DNA from: a virus
Lineage: Duplodnaviria > Heunggongvirae > Uroviricota > Caudoviricetes
Direction: 5' to 3' (one strand)
Virus record (IMG/VR): IMGVR_UViG_3300044640_001538
DNA: 57,488 nt
The notes under the pieces were generated by a model. It made no database searches. It saw only the letters and a list, made by a program, of their open reading frames with translations, and was not told where the DNA came from. This document shows positions 48,629 through 57,128 of the stretch, one piece after another; within the stretch, counting starts at the first letter, position 1; each line of letters begins with the position of its first letter. The translations under genes and the position numbers were made by a program.

Positions 48629-48660
48629 CAAAAGTAATACATTTATTTTAATTATCCAAA
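48629..48660 (-). promoter_or_regulatory. Bacteroidota sigma70 promoter for RHH-tnpB
   Basis: TTTG-GATAATTAAAATAAATGTAT-TACTTTTG. Confidence 0.8.
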
Positions 48661-48695
48661 TTTATTACAACCACTGTACCAATTTATCCCCGTGC

Positions 48696-48735
48696 AAAAA
48701 CCCAAGTTGAAATTAATCTTCTTGGGTTTCTTTTT
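48696..48735. terminator. Bidirectional terminator at the convergence of + and - transcription
   Basis: AAAAACCCAAG...CTTGGGTTTCTTTTT, with A-run and T-run flanks. Confidence 0.75.
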
Positions 48736-48753
48736 ATCTCAATTCTTTTATAT

Positions 48754-49008
48754 TTAATATATTTTAATGTCCGCCATCCAAAATAAGTCATTAATATCCC
48801 TTGAAGAAAGTTCGTTTGGAAATTCAAATAACATATCAAATTCTTTACTCATTGCATCTTCGCAGTGGAGTCTTAACATACACCAACCATTATCTACTTC
48901 AAGTTTAAAAATATCCTTGTGTTGTTTTAATAACACTAATTTTCCAATAAATTTCTTCTCATTAAAGCGTTTGGCTAATTCTCGCCATTGTGATTCTGTA
49001 AACTTCAT
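48754..49008 (-). CDS. Hypothetical protein
   Basis: ORF track; tiles with neighbours. Confidence 0.55.
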   Translation of the reverse strand: MKFTESQWRELAKRFNEKKFIGKLVLLKQHKDIFKLEVDNGWCMLRLHCEDAMSKEFDMLFEFPNELSSRDINDLFWMADIKIY

Positions 49009-49012
49009 CTAT

Positions 49013-49417
49013 TTATCCTATATTAAAATTATTTTGAGAAACAAAAGTTCCATTATTATACTTTGTTACTCTTTTAATTCCTTTTTCATAGAAATACTCA
49101 GTATAATCTCCTTCTATTTTTAAATCTTTAAGAGTGTATTGAATTATCACTTTATCTTTATCAAAAATTTTAACATCTCCATAATGCTTACAATCTTTAA
49201 CATTAGACACACTATAATCATTTATCTTACAAGTATAATTAGCCTGCTTTTCTAAAAAATCTTGGTCTAATCCATGCTCTATTTTTAAACCTTGTCTTTC
49301 TATTGGATAGTTCATAAACATACCTAATAAATACTGCCAGGCATCTTGCCTATCTTTATAATTATTAATAAAATATTCTTTTGTACTGCTAGGTAATTTT
49401 TCTATATATTCTTCCAT
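49013..49417 (-). CDS. Hypothetical protein
   Basis: ORF track; tiles with neighbours. Confidence 0.55.
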   Translation of the reverse strand: MEEYIEKLPSSTKEYFINNYKDRQDAWQYLLGMFMNYPIERQGLKIEHGLDQDFLEKQANYTCKINDYSVSNVKDCKHYGDVKIFDKDKVIIQYTLKDLKIEGDYTEYFYEKGIKRVTKYNNGTFVSQNNFNIG

Positions 49418-49419
49418 GA

Positions 49420-49542
49420 TTATAATTCTTTTAATAAGTTAATTACTTTTTGTATATTCTCAAATTTAATTACAAGTCCTTCACTATTATCATAACTGTT
49501 CTTGTATAAAATTTCTACTATCTTTTCTTCTTTTGTTGTCAT
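49420..49542 (-). CDS. Small hypothetical protein (40 aa), not in track
   Basis: MTTKEEKIVEILYKNSYD...LLKEL; ATGA overlap with an upstream 28-aa ORF (49539..49625). Confidence 0.45.
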   Translation of the reverse strand: MTTKEEKIVEILYKNSYDNSEGLVIKFENIQKVINLLKEL

Positions 49543-49654
49543 ATTTCATATCTTTTTGAATATTCTAATGCATCTTCTAATCTATTAATAATAAAGTTTA
49601 AAATTTTTGTAATAATTGTTTTCATAGTTTTTCGCCGCGTTAAAAATTAAAGTA

Positions 49655-49686
49655 CAAATATACGAATAAAAACTGACATAAACAAC
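49655..49686 (-). promoter_or_regulatory. Bacteroidota-type promoter (variant -33)
   Basis: GTTG-N20-TATATTTG. Confidence 0.7.
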
Positions 49687-49719
49687 AAAAACCTCCGAAA
49701 TTTTACTTTCAGAGGTTTT
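49687..49719 (-). terminator. Terminator downstream of the HNH gene
   Basis: - strand AAAACCTCTGAAAG..TTTCGGAGGTTTTT. Confidence 0.8.
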
Positions 49720-49732
49720 ATTTATAATGAGT

Positions 49733-50311
49733 TTAAATAACAATGTGTTTCCAAGTAGAACCGTAACATATTTTTTTCAAAGCTGATAAAGATAATAATT
49801 CTTTGTAGTCTCCATGTATAGAAGAACAAGATTCACTATTTGAATACCTGGTCCTTATATCTACAACATCCTTTTCTTTTAGAGATGTTCTAGGATTATT
49901 TTCTCCAACATTATTTACTACTCTACCAAGTACTTCAAAAGCATGTTTTCCATTATAGCTTTGAGTACACCATTCTAAATTTTCAACCCTGTTATCATCT
50001 CTAATTCCATTTTTATGGTTTATAATAGGGAAGTTTTTAGGATTAGGTATAAAAGTTAAAGCTATTAATCTATGAACAATAGCGGTATATCTTTTATTTT
50101 CTACACTTAATGAAAATTGTTCATATCCATTAGAATAATAACCTAATCTAAGTACTTTTTCTTTTAGAGATTTAATACTCCCTCTCTTGTCTTTAAATTT
50201 TCGATTTAAAACTTTGATTCTTCCAAGAGTAGATGCCTCACAATACTCTTCGTAACCAAACAAAGGTTTCCATACCTCTTTTTCCAAGTCTTCTTTTGTA
50301 AATTCTCGCAT
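49733..50311 (-). CDS. NUMOD4-HNH homing endonuclease
   Basis: EVWKPLFGYEEYCEASTLGRIK (NUMOD4); VHRLIALTFIPNP...INHKNGIRDDNRVENLEWCT..YN (HNH). Confidence 0.92.
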   Translation of the reverse strand: MREFTKEDLEKEVWKPLFGYEEYCEASTLGRIKVLNRKFKDKRGSIKSLKEKVLRLGYYSNGYEQFSLSVENKRYTAIVHRLIALTFIPNPKNFPIINHKNGIRDDNRVENLEWCTQSYNGKHAFEVLGRVVNNVGENNPRTSLKEKDVVDIRTRYSNSESCSSIHGDYKELLSLSALKKICYGSTWKHIVI

Positions 50312-50430
50312 AACAATTTAAAAATGAAAAACTTCTAACAAAAACCACTACGAATAGTCTTTGAAAGAAGTTTCTCGGTAAAAATAATATCTTAAAAGTT
50401 AATCAGTGTTCGTAGCAAAAATTAACAATA
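50312..50430 (-). promoter_or_regulatory. Structured 5' leader of the HNH gene (hairpin plus loop-upstream pairing)
   Basis: Stem GAGAAACTTCT/AGAAGTTTTTC; its loop TTCGTAGT is complementary to upstream GCTACGAA. Confidence 0.55.
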
Positions 50431-50462
50431 CAAATATACGAAAATTAATTCAGATTACCAAA
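50431..50462 (-). promoter_or_regulatory. Bacteroidota sigma70 promoter
   Basis: TTTG-N20-TATATTTG. Confidence 0.9.
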
Positions 50463-50481
50463 TTGTTTACAATATTTGTTA

Positions 50482-51738
50482 TTAAACTGCATAATAAAAT
50501 ACATTAGGAACTCCTTTTCCATTATCCTCTGTAATAACAAAACCGCTTTCAGAAGTGTAGCCTAAAGATTCACTAAAGAAATTACCTGTAAAGAAACTAG
50601 GGCAGTTCATTCTCCTATGGTCTACCGCATCATCTTTAATAGTTTGATAACTGTCTCTTTGGTTTATGTTTAACTTTTGAATAATACTATGTAAATGTCC
50701 TTCACAAATTAAATTATAATTACCTTGTACACCATAATCCCAACACAACTGTTTAGTACTTCTTTTACTTAATGCATGATGTCCATGTGTAAGAATGTGT
50801 GTAATTTTATCAATAGTATGCGTAATAACTAAAGAATTAAATTCAACATTATAACCTAATAATTCTAATCCCCAGCAAACTAGATTTGCGGCTCCACCTT
50901 GAACATCTTCTTTGTTGTCTGACGTTGTTCGGTCATGGTTTCCTGCTACAACTTTAACTTCTCCTAAATTTACTATTTTAGATAAAAAGTTATCGTGTAG
51001 AATTTTAACAACAAGTTTAACAGCTTCTGCTCCGACCATAGCTTTATCTAAACCTTTCCAAGTATTCTTGTGAGATAAACCTGTAAAACTTTCTATTAAA
51101 TCTCCTAAGATATGCACATGAACTGTTGAATAATTTCTTTCGTTTATATCGTTTACAGCTTCTAGTAACTTATTAGCTAAAATATCAATAGAGAAGTTTT
51201 TTGTTCTAATTAAGTTATCAACATACGAACCTAAATGCAAATCTGCTATTTTAACAACACCAATTTTATTTTTGGTATCTTTTGTTATAGGAGTGTATTT
51301 TACACCCTCAAAACCTTTTAAAATAAGTTCTTTAAATTCTTCTTCTGTTACGGCAGGCTCAACCACTTCTTCATAGAATACTACGTTGTAAAAAGGAATA
51401 CCACTGTGACTGATTAATTTATAACTCCTAATTTTATTTACGTCTAGTCCATAGTGAGCACAATACTGTTCTATGTTCATTAAAGAGCCGTCCTCTGAAA
51501 TAGCTGTAAACCCTCTTTGTGGTTTTTCTTTATCATTAGAGTAATTTACACTATCTGTACTCGTAGTGTTACCTAAATCATTATTAATTGCTCCCATACC
51601 GTTCAAAAGCTTCGAGCATTTTCTTCTGAAAGAATCTTGAAAATCAATTCCGTTACGTTCTGCGTAAATTCTAGCAGCGTGTGTTATGTTTTCTTGTTCT
51701 AAGTAAATTTTCTGTAATTCTTCTTTATTTATTTCCAT
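50482..51738 (-). CDS. Calcineurin-like metallophosphoesterase with N-terminal extension
   Basis: ADLHLG, LGDLIE, AGNHDR, THGH and GHLH: all five metallophosphoesterase motifs. Confidence 0.88.
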   Translation of the reverse strand: MEINKEELQKIYLEQENITHAARIYAERNGIDFQDSFRRKCSKLLNGMGAINNDLGNTTSTDSVNYSNDKEKPQRGFTAISEDGSLMNIEQYCAHYGLDVNKIRSYKLISHSGIPFYNVVFYEEVVEPAVTEEEFKELILKGFEGVKYTPITKDTKNKIGVVKIADLHLGSYVDNLIRTKNFSIDILANKLLEAVNDINERNYSTVHVHILGDLIESFTGLSHKNTWKGLDKAMVGAEAVKLVVKILHDNFLSKIVNLGEVKVVAGNHDRTTSDNKEDVQGGAANLVCWGLELLGYNVEFNSLVITHTIDKITHILTHGHHALSKRSTKQLCWDYGVQGNYNLICEGHLHSIIQKLNINQRDSYQTIKDDAVDHRRMNCPSFFTGNFFSESLGYTSESGFVITEDNGKGVPNVFYYAV

Positions 51739-51791
51739 CTATTATATAATTGGTTAATATTTTTCTCTGTTTTTAATTTTTTGCCGCGATT

Positions 51792-52073
51792 TTACAAATA
51801 TCCAAATGCCATAGCAGCTACTTCTCCTATGTCGAATAAATCACCTTCGTTATCTTCGTCTTCATAGAAAGCGTCTATTTTACTTTCTAATTTATCCCAC
51901 TTATCAGCTTTTACTTTATATTTTAAGCACTCGTGTCTCGTATCAGCGAATTCATGTGCCCACCTCATAGCTTGTTCGGCTGTAATTAGTTCTCGACTTA
52001 GTGTTACAACTTGTTGAAAAGGATTTAATTCCTTTAATTTATTTCTAAAAAATTCTTCTGCTGTTAATTCCAT
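51792..52073 (-). CDS. Hypothetical protein
   Basis: ORF track; (M)xTAEEF start shared with 53440..53712. Confidence 0.55.
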   Translation of the reverse strand: MELTAEEFFRNKLKELNPFQQVVTLSRELITAEQAMRWAHEFADTRHECLKYKVKADKWDKLESKIDAFYEDEDNEGDLFDIGEVAAMAFGYL

Positions 52074-52074
52074 T

Positions 52075-52548
52075 TTATAAATTATTTAATCGTTTATTTA
52101 AAAGTTCAATTTGCCTTTTTATATCTTCTTTTTGCGCGATTCTGTCTTTTTCTTGCTGTTCTAGCTGTTTTGCTATTTCTTCTTCCATCCATTTTTCTAA
52201 TTCTTTTTCGCCGAAACCTAAAATAGGAATAGGAACATAAGAAATATCGTTATTATTATAGTCTTCATAAGGAATAGGGTCTGTATTAAAAACTACAATA
52301 TTATTATCTTCAACTTTGAAAGAATAGTGACTTAAAAAATAGTCAAAATCTGTAGTTAAATAATCCGAATCCATGCCTAACAAAGATATATAACAATTTT
52401 GTTCTGAAAGTTCTGATTCTTTATCGGAAAGAATATTACACACTTCCCATAATGTCTTTAAGTTTAAATTTTCCATTTTTTCTTTAGTATTAAATCCCAA
52501 TAACAAATTAATTTTGTTTCTCCGTTGGTATAGTTTCTCCATACACAA
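52075..52548 (-). CDS. Hypothetical protein (true start probably downstream, MENLNLK)
   Basis: ORF track; the annotated start overlaps the next ORF by 85 nt. Confidence 0.5.
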   Translation of the reverse strand: MCMEKLYQRRNKINLLLGFNTKEKMENLNLKTLWEVCNILSDKESELSEQNCYISLLGMDSDYLTTDFDYFLSHYSFKVEDNNIVVFNTDPIPYEDYNNNDISYVPIPILGFGEKELEKWMEEEIAKQLEQQEKDRIAQKEDIKRQIELLNKRLNNL

Positions 52549-53081
52549 GGAAATTCTTTTCTTGCTTGTTTTAATCTGCCTTTTCTTTTACCTTTTGTGT
52601 GCCGCGAATAAAAAAGGAAACAAGTCCAAAAATGATAAGCCTCAACAGCTCTAAACATAATAGCAAACTGATATCCAAATGCAACTACTGACCACACAGG
52701 CTCAGCTTCTAATTGATAATCTGTTTCGGACCACTTAGTTTTAAAAAACAACGGACTAAAATCAAATCCAAACTTTTTAGGTTGCGGATATCTATAAGAC
52801 AAACATCTGTCATATAATTCTCTAAAAGACAACTCTGTTAGTTTATAATTACCTTCTTTACTGTTATGTTCTCTAATCCTTTTCATTTCTTTTACCGCCT
52901 CATCAATAGCTTTTTGCGGAGTCGCTTTTTTCCAGGTACGTGGAGTAAAATAAGGTATGCCTATTGCAACTTTACCAAAATAAAACTTTAATTTGGGCGG
53001 CTTAAAAGGTGAAAAGTAAACTTTTAAAAACTCAAAGTCTTTTAAAAACCAATAGAGTTTGGAGTATTTAAATTTTAGCAT
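52464..53081 (-). CDS. Hypothetical basic/aromatic protein
   Basis: ORF track. Confidence 0.55.
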   Translation of the reverse strand: MLKFKYSKLYWFLKDFEFLKVYFSPFKPPKLKFYFGKVAIGIPYFTPRTWKKATPQKAIDEAVKEMKRIREHNSKEGNYKLTELSFRELYDRCLSYRYPQPKKFGFDFSPLFFKTKWSETDYQLEAEPVWSVVAFGYQFAIMFRAVEAYHFWTCFLFYSRHTKGKRKGRLKQARKEFPCVWRNYTNGETKLICYWDLILKKKWKI

Positions 53082-53443
53082 AGTTTATCTCTAATTTTAC
53101 TTGAAAAACAAGTTGGTTTTAATTCTTTATTATTATCCATAGATATTTTTGCCCAAACTAATTCATTGTCCCAATCAAAACGGTGAGCATAATAATCAGA
53201 TGCTAACATAGGTAAAACCCAATCCCTGTCTTTGTCTTCAAATACTGTTTTTGGGTAAAAACGAAAAAGACTTTTAATATGCTCTAAAGTAAGTCTTTCA
53301 TCATCTTTAGCGGTATCATAGTGATGTCCTATATCAAAAACACATTCATTTTTACCTTTTTTGTTTACAGTAGTGTATAAAGGGATTTCTTGAAAAGGTT
53401 TCTCCCAACCTAATTCAAGTGCTAAATTGTCAAACTTCATCAT
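53075..53443 (-). CDS. Hypothetical protein
   Basis: ORF track; overlap coupling. Confidence 0.55.
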   Translation of the reverse strand: MMKFDNLALELGWEKPFQEIPLYTTVNKKGKNECVFDIGHHYDTAKDDERLTLEHIKSLFRFYPKTVFEDKDRDWVLPMLASDYYAHRFDWDNELVWAKISMDNNKELKPTCFSSKIRDKLC

Positions 53444-53712
53444 TTTATATTTTCTAACAGATAAGCGTTTAAAATTGATTCTTTCTCTAAAAACTTTGAG
53501 TAGTCTTTATTTTCGGCATAATCATATATATTTACACAATCAACTGCTTTTTTCAAAGCTTGTTCTACATGGTACTTAGCGAATTCAACCATTGCTTTTT
53601 TAATATTTTCTTGAGTTTTAATATGAGCATCCCTAGATAACATTAAATTAAAGTTACTCAATTCTGGTTTCTCAAGTACTTTATTTTTAACTAAAAATTC
53701 TTCTGCTGTCAT
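53440..53712 (-). CDS. Hypothetical protein
   Basis: ORF track; ATGA overlaps. Confidence 0.55.
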   Translation of the reverse strand: MTAEEFLVKNKVLEKPELSNFNLMLSRDAHIKTQENIKKAMVEFAKYHVEQALKKAVDCVNIYDYAENKDYSKFLEKESILNAYLLENIK

Positions 53713-53960
53713 AATTTATTTTCTTCTTTAAACCGTTCTAATAATTCTTTTGTGGTAAATTTTATATTATCTTCCCAATCTGTTGAGTCGCTCCAAAGAT
53801 TAGTATTACCCATTCTAAAGTAATTATCATCACACCATTCTGTAAAATCTATAGCAAATTCTTCTGCGTCAACTCTTAACAGTGTTACAATGTGTTCTCG
53901 TTCGTATTGCTTACGTATATAGTTGAATATAATGTTTTCAAATTTTTCTGTTAGTGTCAT
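53709..53960 (-). CDS. Hypothetical protein
   Basis: ORF track. Confidence 0.55.
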   Translation of the reverse strand: MTLTEKFENIIFNYIRKQYEREHIVTLLRVDAEEFAIDFTEWCDDNYFRMGNTNLWSDSTDWEDNIKFTTKELLERFKEENKL

Positions 53961-53962
53961 TT

Positions 53963-54472
53963 TTATTTATTTTTTAAATTAGACTTCGTTATTTCTTCCC
54001 GCGCCTCAAAAGATAAAGACAGAAAATTCTCCACTAAATCACTCAACTGCTGTTCTAAAACAATATTTAGTTCTACCTTTTCATAAGAACTATACTTATT
54101 CAACTTTTTTAATTTTACTTTGTATTCCATTTTTACCATTTTTTTAAAAATTTATCTAACTCTTCTTTTGTAACAACCCTAGCATTGGGTGTTCTATATG
54201 CATCAACAGTTGTTAAAGAATATAACTTTATATCGTCATATCCTAAATCAAACCAAATTGCTTCTGAATCTTGGTGTGTATTTACTTTTCTTTGTAGTTC
54301 CATACTAAACTGTTTTAATTATTACTTCTACATTATTATACCCCGCGCCAAAAGAAATAAAAGACTGATTTCCATACTCAACAACCAATCTATCCACTAT
54401 CTCTTTAAACTCTTCAAGTGTACCATCAAAGTCGTCTAACTCACCGATACTAATTTCATTTTTTGTTATCAT
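53963..54472 (-). other. Three tandem ~55-aa ORFs below the track cutoff: 54305..54472 (MITKNEIS), 54133..54303 (MELQRKVN), 53963..54130 (MEYKVKLK)
   Basis: Hand translation; they tile with 1-3 nt gaps. Confidence 0.55.
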
Positions 54473-54475
54473 AAT

Positions 54476-54664
54476 CTAGTAACTTGGTAATATTATTGTT
54501 TTTAAATCATATTTTGACTGTTCTTTTTTAGCTTCATATAAAGTTTCAAAAGTATTTACATACACAAAAGCCTCTTTAGTTAAATCACTACTAAAACTTA
54601 TCTCTAATAAAAAAAGACTGTATCTTTTCTCATCATACATATAATCTGAATCTCCTCTACTCAT
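54476..54664 (-). CDS. Hypothetical protein
   Basis: ORF track; directly downstream of a promoter. Confidence 0.55.
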   Translation of the reverse strand: MSRGDSDYMYDEKRYSLFLLEISFSSDLTKEAFVYVNTFETLYEAKKEQSKYDLKTIILPSY

Positions 54665-54679
54665 AATTTTAATTTTTTG

Positions 54680-54711
54680 TAAATATACTAATTATTTTTG
54701 AATTTCGCAAA
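54680..54711 (-). promoter_or_regulatory. Bacteroidota-type promoter
   Basis: TTTG-N20-TATATTTA (one mismatch). Confidence 0.7.
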
Positions 54712-54830
54712 TATTTATTACTTTATTTCTATTTTCTGTTTTTATTTTAACTTTTTGCGGAAAATTGGCGATACAATCTTTGCAATATAAGTAATACTTT
54801 GGTTTAAAATCTTTTATTAACCATTTACTA

Positions 54831-55775
54831 TTAATTGTCATCATCTTCTAATTTTAACGGTGCTCTGGTTCCTTTAACTACAAAATCTCTAATCGTGTTA
54901 CAATATCCTGTTTCATTTTTAATACAATAACTTGACTCTTTTATTTTGTCGCAAATATAGTCAATAACTTCTTCAGTATTTAAATAACCGTAACCACAAA
55001 TTCCGCCGCACCATAATGCTAAATTACGCAAGAAAAAATGTGCTGTCTGTTCTCTCTCTATCTTATCGAAGGTTTGGTCAATTGCTCTAAATATCCTTTC
55101 TAATTCTTCTTCTGTGCCACCTTCAACACTTTCTTCTATTTCCCCTTCAAAAACCTTAAATTCATTTATTTTACCGCCGCGAACTGTCCAAGTTCTAGCT
55201 TCTTCATAAGGTCTGTATCTTAAATCTTTATCCCACGATAAGTACAGAGGTAAAATTGGGTTCTGTGATGAACCATCGAAGCCCTTTATTTTTGAAAATC
55301 TTTGAGCAATTCCATAAAAAAGCTCCTTAAACGAATCCACATCTTTGACGACAGGTATCTTCCATAAGGTCTTAGTACCTTTACCACTAGGGCTAATGTA
55401 GGCACAAACACATTCTTCAAAATTATCAAAAATCCAATCTCTTAATTGTACTGCAAAATCAGGTATTTTATCAAACTCTAAACAAAGTAAACCGTTGAAA
55501 GCAGTGATGTCTGAATAGCTTCTACCAAGACCGTTTGTTTGTACACATGGAGTGAAGTAATAAAGCTTTTGTTTTAATTCTTGCTTTTCTTTTTCATCGG
55601 CAACTTGAATCTTTTTAAATAATTCTTGTATCTCCTCTCTAGGATTACGATTTGACTGAACAAACTGCTCTAAAGTAATTTTTCCAAGAGGCTTTGTTAT
55701 TTTTACGTTTGCGGGGTAATAATAAAAAGATATATTATCTGTCATATTCTTAACAATTTTTTGGACTGACTCCAA
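54831..55775 (-). CDS. BT4734-like/VirE N-terminal domain protein (AEP primase-polymerase-like)
   Basis: KQKLYYFTP, GLLCLEFDK, YISPSGKGTK and LYLSWDKD match the BT4734/VirE_N pattern; helical C-terminal domain. Confidence 0.75.
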   Translation of the reverse strand: MESVQKIVKNMTDNISFYYYPANVKITKPLGKITLEQFVQSNRNPREEIQELFKKIQVADEKEKQELKQKLYYFTPCVQTNGLGRSYSDITAFNGLLCLEFDKIPDFAVQLRDWIFDNFEECVCAYISPSGKGTKTLWKIPVVKDVDSFKELFYGIAQRFSKIKGFDGSSQNPILPLYLSWDKDLRYRPYEEARTWTVRGGKINEFKVFEGEIEESVEGGTEEELERIFRAIDQTFDKIEREQTAHFFLRNLALWCGGICGYGYLNTEEVIDYICDKIKESSYCIKNETGYCNTIRDFVVKGTRAPLKLEDDDN

Positions 55776-55992
55776 GGTAATAACTGTTCTTTATTGCCTG
55801 TTTCTTTAGTTTAGTTAATCTTTTACTTTTTAAAATACTTTCCATAATTTCTTCTTGCCTCGCATCAGGTAAACAATAATCTAAAAACCAATCTTGTTTA
55901 GTTTTATCAATTAAATCAAAACCGACACCTAAATCAAAATAGACTGCTCTGTAAATTTCTAAAAGGATTTGCTGTTCTTTACTTATTATCAT
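55750..55992 (-). CDS. Hypothetical protein
   Basis: ORF track. Confidence 0.55.
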   Translation of the reverse strand: MIISKEQQILLEIYRAVYFDLGVGFDLIDKTKQDWFLDYCLPDARQEEIMESILKSKRLTKLKKQAIKNSYYLGVSPKNC

Positions 55993-56239
55993 TTGAGTAT
56001 TTTTTAATATCTCCTATTGTATAAATTCCTTGCTGTGTGTTGTCTAAAGCGTATACCTTTGTGTTATTTGGTAATTTTTTAGCGTTTTCTTCTAGCCATC
56101 TACAATTTTTACCACCGTTACTTCTAAAAAATACAGGCGAAAATATACTTTTTGAAATGTAAAAAAGTAATTCTCCATCCTTATCTACTAACTTTTCGTG
56201 TTCGACGTGCTCTGTTAAAATTCCAAATTTTGTACTCAT
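55979..56239 (-). CDS. Hypothetical protein
   Basis: ORF track. Confidence 0.55.
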   Translation of the reverse strand: MSTKFGILTEHVEHEKLVDKDGELLFYISKSIFSPVFFRSNGGKNCRWLEENAKKLPNNTKVYALDNTQQGIYTIGDIKKYSNDNK

Positions 56240-56472
56240 TAATCTTCAAGTTTTTCTAAACAAATTGTTTCTATTTCTTCTAAATCCGCCGCAGAAAAAA
56301 GCTCAAAAATATCTACATCACTATCACTAGTATAAATATGATGTAAATGATAACTTGCAGAAACTCCTGGAAATCCATCAAGATTATCAAAATACATAAC
56401 TCTATCTTCTGCTTTTTCGTATTGTCCAACTACATGTAGCTCAATACCTTTAAATTCAATTATTGCTCTCAA
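56239..56472 (-). CDS. Hypothetical acidic protein (TTG start)
   Basis: ORF track; promoter -7 box TATATTTG at 56503..56510. Confidence 0.55.
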   Translation of the reverse strand: MRAIIEFKGIELHVVGQYEKAEDRVMYFDNLDGFPGVSASYHLHHIYTSDSDVDIFELFSAADLEEIETICLEKLED

Positions 56473-56547
56473 AATTTTATTGTTTTTAATTAATTACTTC
56501 TGCAAATATACGGAAAAATTTCCGAATAAAAAAATTTAAAGCTTAAT

Positions 56548-56874
56548 TTATATTAATTCTAAATTAGACTCCTCAATCAGATGTCCAATTTCTATGTCAT
56601 TCAACCCACTACAATCTTTTAATAAAGCTATAAACAGCTCTAGTTGGTCTTGAGGAATTGCAAATCGCGCCAAAGAAAATGAAACATAGGGAAAACAATC
56701 ATCAGTAAGTTCTACTTCTGCTAATTCACATCCAGAAATGCCTTGCTTTTCGTGATAGTAAATATGTGTAATAGTATATTCACTATCTTCCTTAATCCAT
56801 AAAGACTGTTTAATTTCTGGCGGTTTATTTTTGTCGTCTATGCAAATTACTTTAGGGTTGTTCATAATTCTCAA
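56548..56874 (-). CDS. Hypothetical protein
   Basis: ORF track; KVICIDD...WIKEDSEYTI SH3-like start. Confidence 0.55.
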   Translation of the reverse strand: MRIMNNPKVICIDDKNKPPEIKQSLWIKEDSEYTITHIYYHEKQGISGCELAEVELTDDCFPYVSFSLARFAIPQDQLELFIALLKDCSGLNDIEIGHLIEESNLELI

Positions 56875-57124
56875 TTTTTTTTAAAACTTTTTTCCAATAT
56901 TCTGTGGACTCTTCAATGTCATTTACAAAATTCCCAGCATCTGATAGTATTGGTAAACTTGGACTTGCACTTATTATTTTTTTAACGGTGATTATTGCAC
57001 ATTCTTTCATTTTTGGCAATTTAAACTCTAATTCTAAAGGTTCGTCATTATAACAATCCCAAGTTTGAACTAAATATTCATATTGAAATATAAGTTCTTC
57101 AGCTTCTTGTTTTGGTGTTTTCAT
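56852..57124 (-). CDS. Hypothetical protein
   Basis: MKTPKQEAEEL...AIITVKKII...EYWKKV, a common small-ORF pattern in Bacteroidota phages. Confidence 0.6.
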   Translation of the reverse strand: MKTPKQEAEELIFQYEYLVQTWDCYNDEPLELEFKLPKMKECAIITVKKIISASPSLPILSDAGNFVNDIEESTEYWKKVLKKIENYEQP

Positions 57125-57128
57125 AGTT

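Larger units (their letters stand above)
47246..48665 (-). mobile_element. IS200/IS605-family (IS1341-like, TnpA-less) cassette: promoter-RHH-tnpB-reRNA; left boundary uncertain
   Basis: Canonical right end GAATCCCATTTGCTTTAGCTATGGGAGTATGTCA(T) on the - strand; tnpB present; no tnpA in the window. Confidence 0.75.

Noticed and set aside
48767-49123. 118-aa + strand ORF
   Set aside because: Antisense to two tiling - strand genes and downstream of a terminator.
54185-54439. 84-aa - strand ORF in the track
   Set aside because: It overlaps two better-tiling ~55-aa ORFs in other frames.
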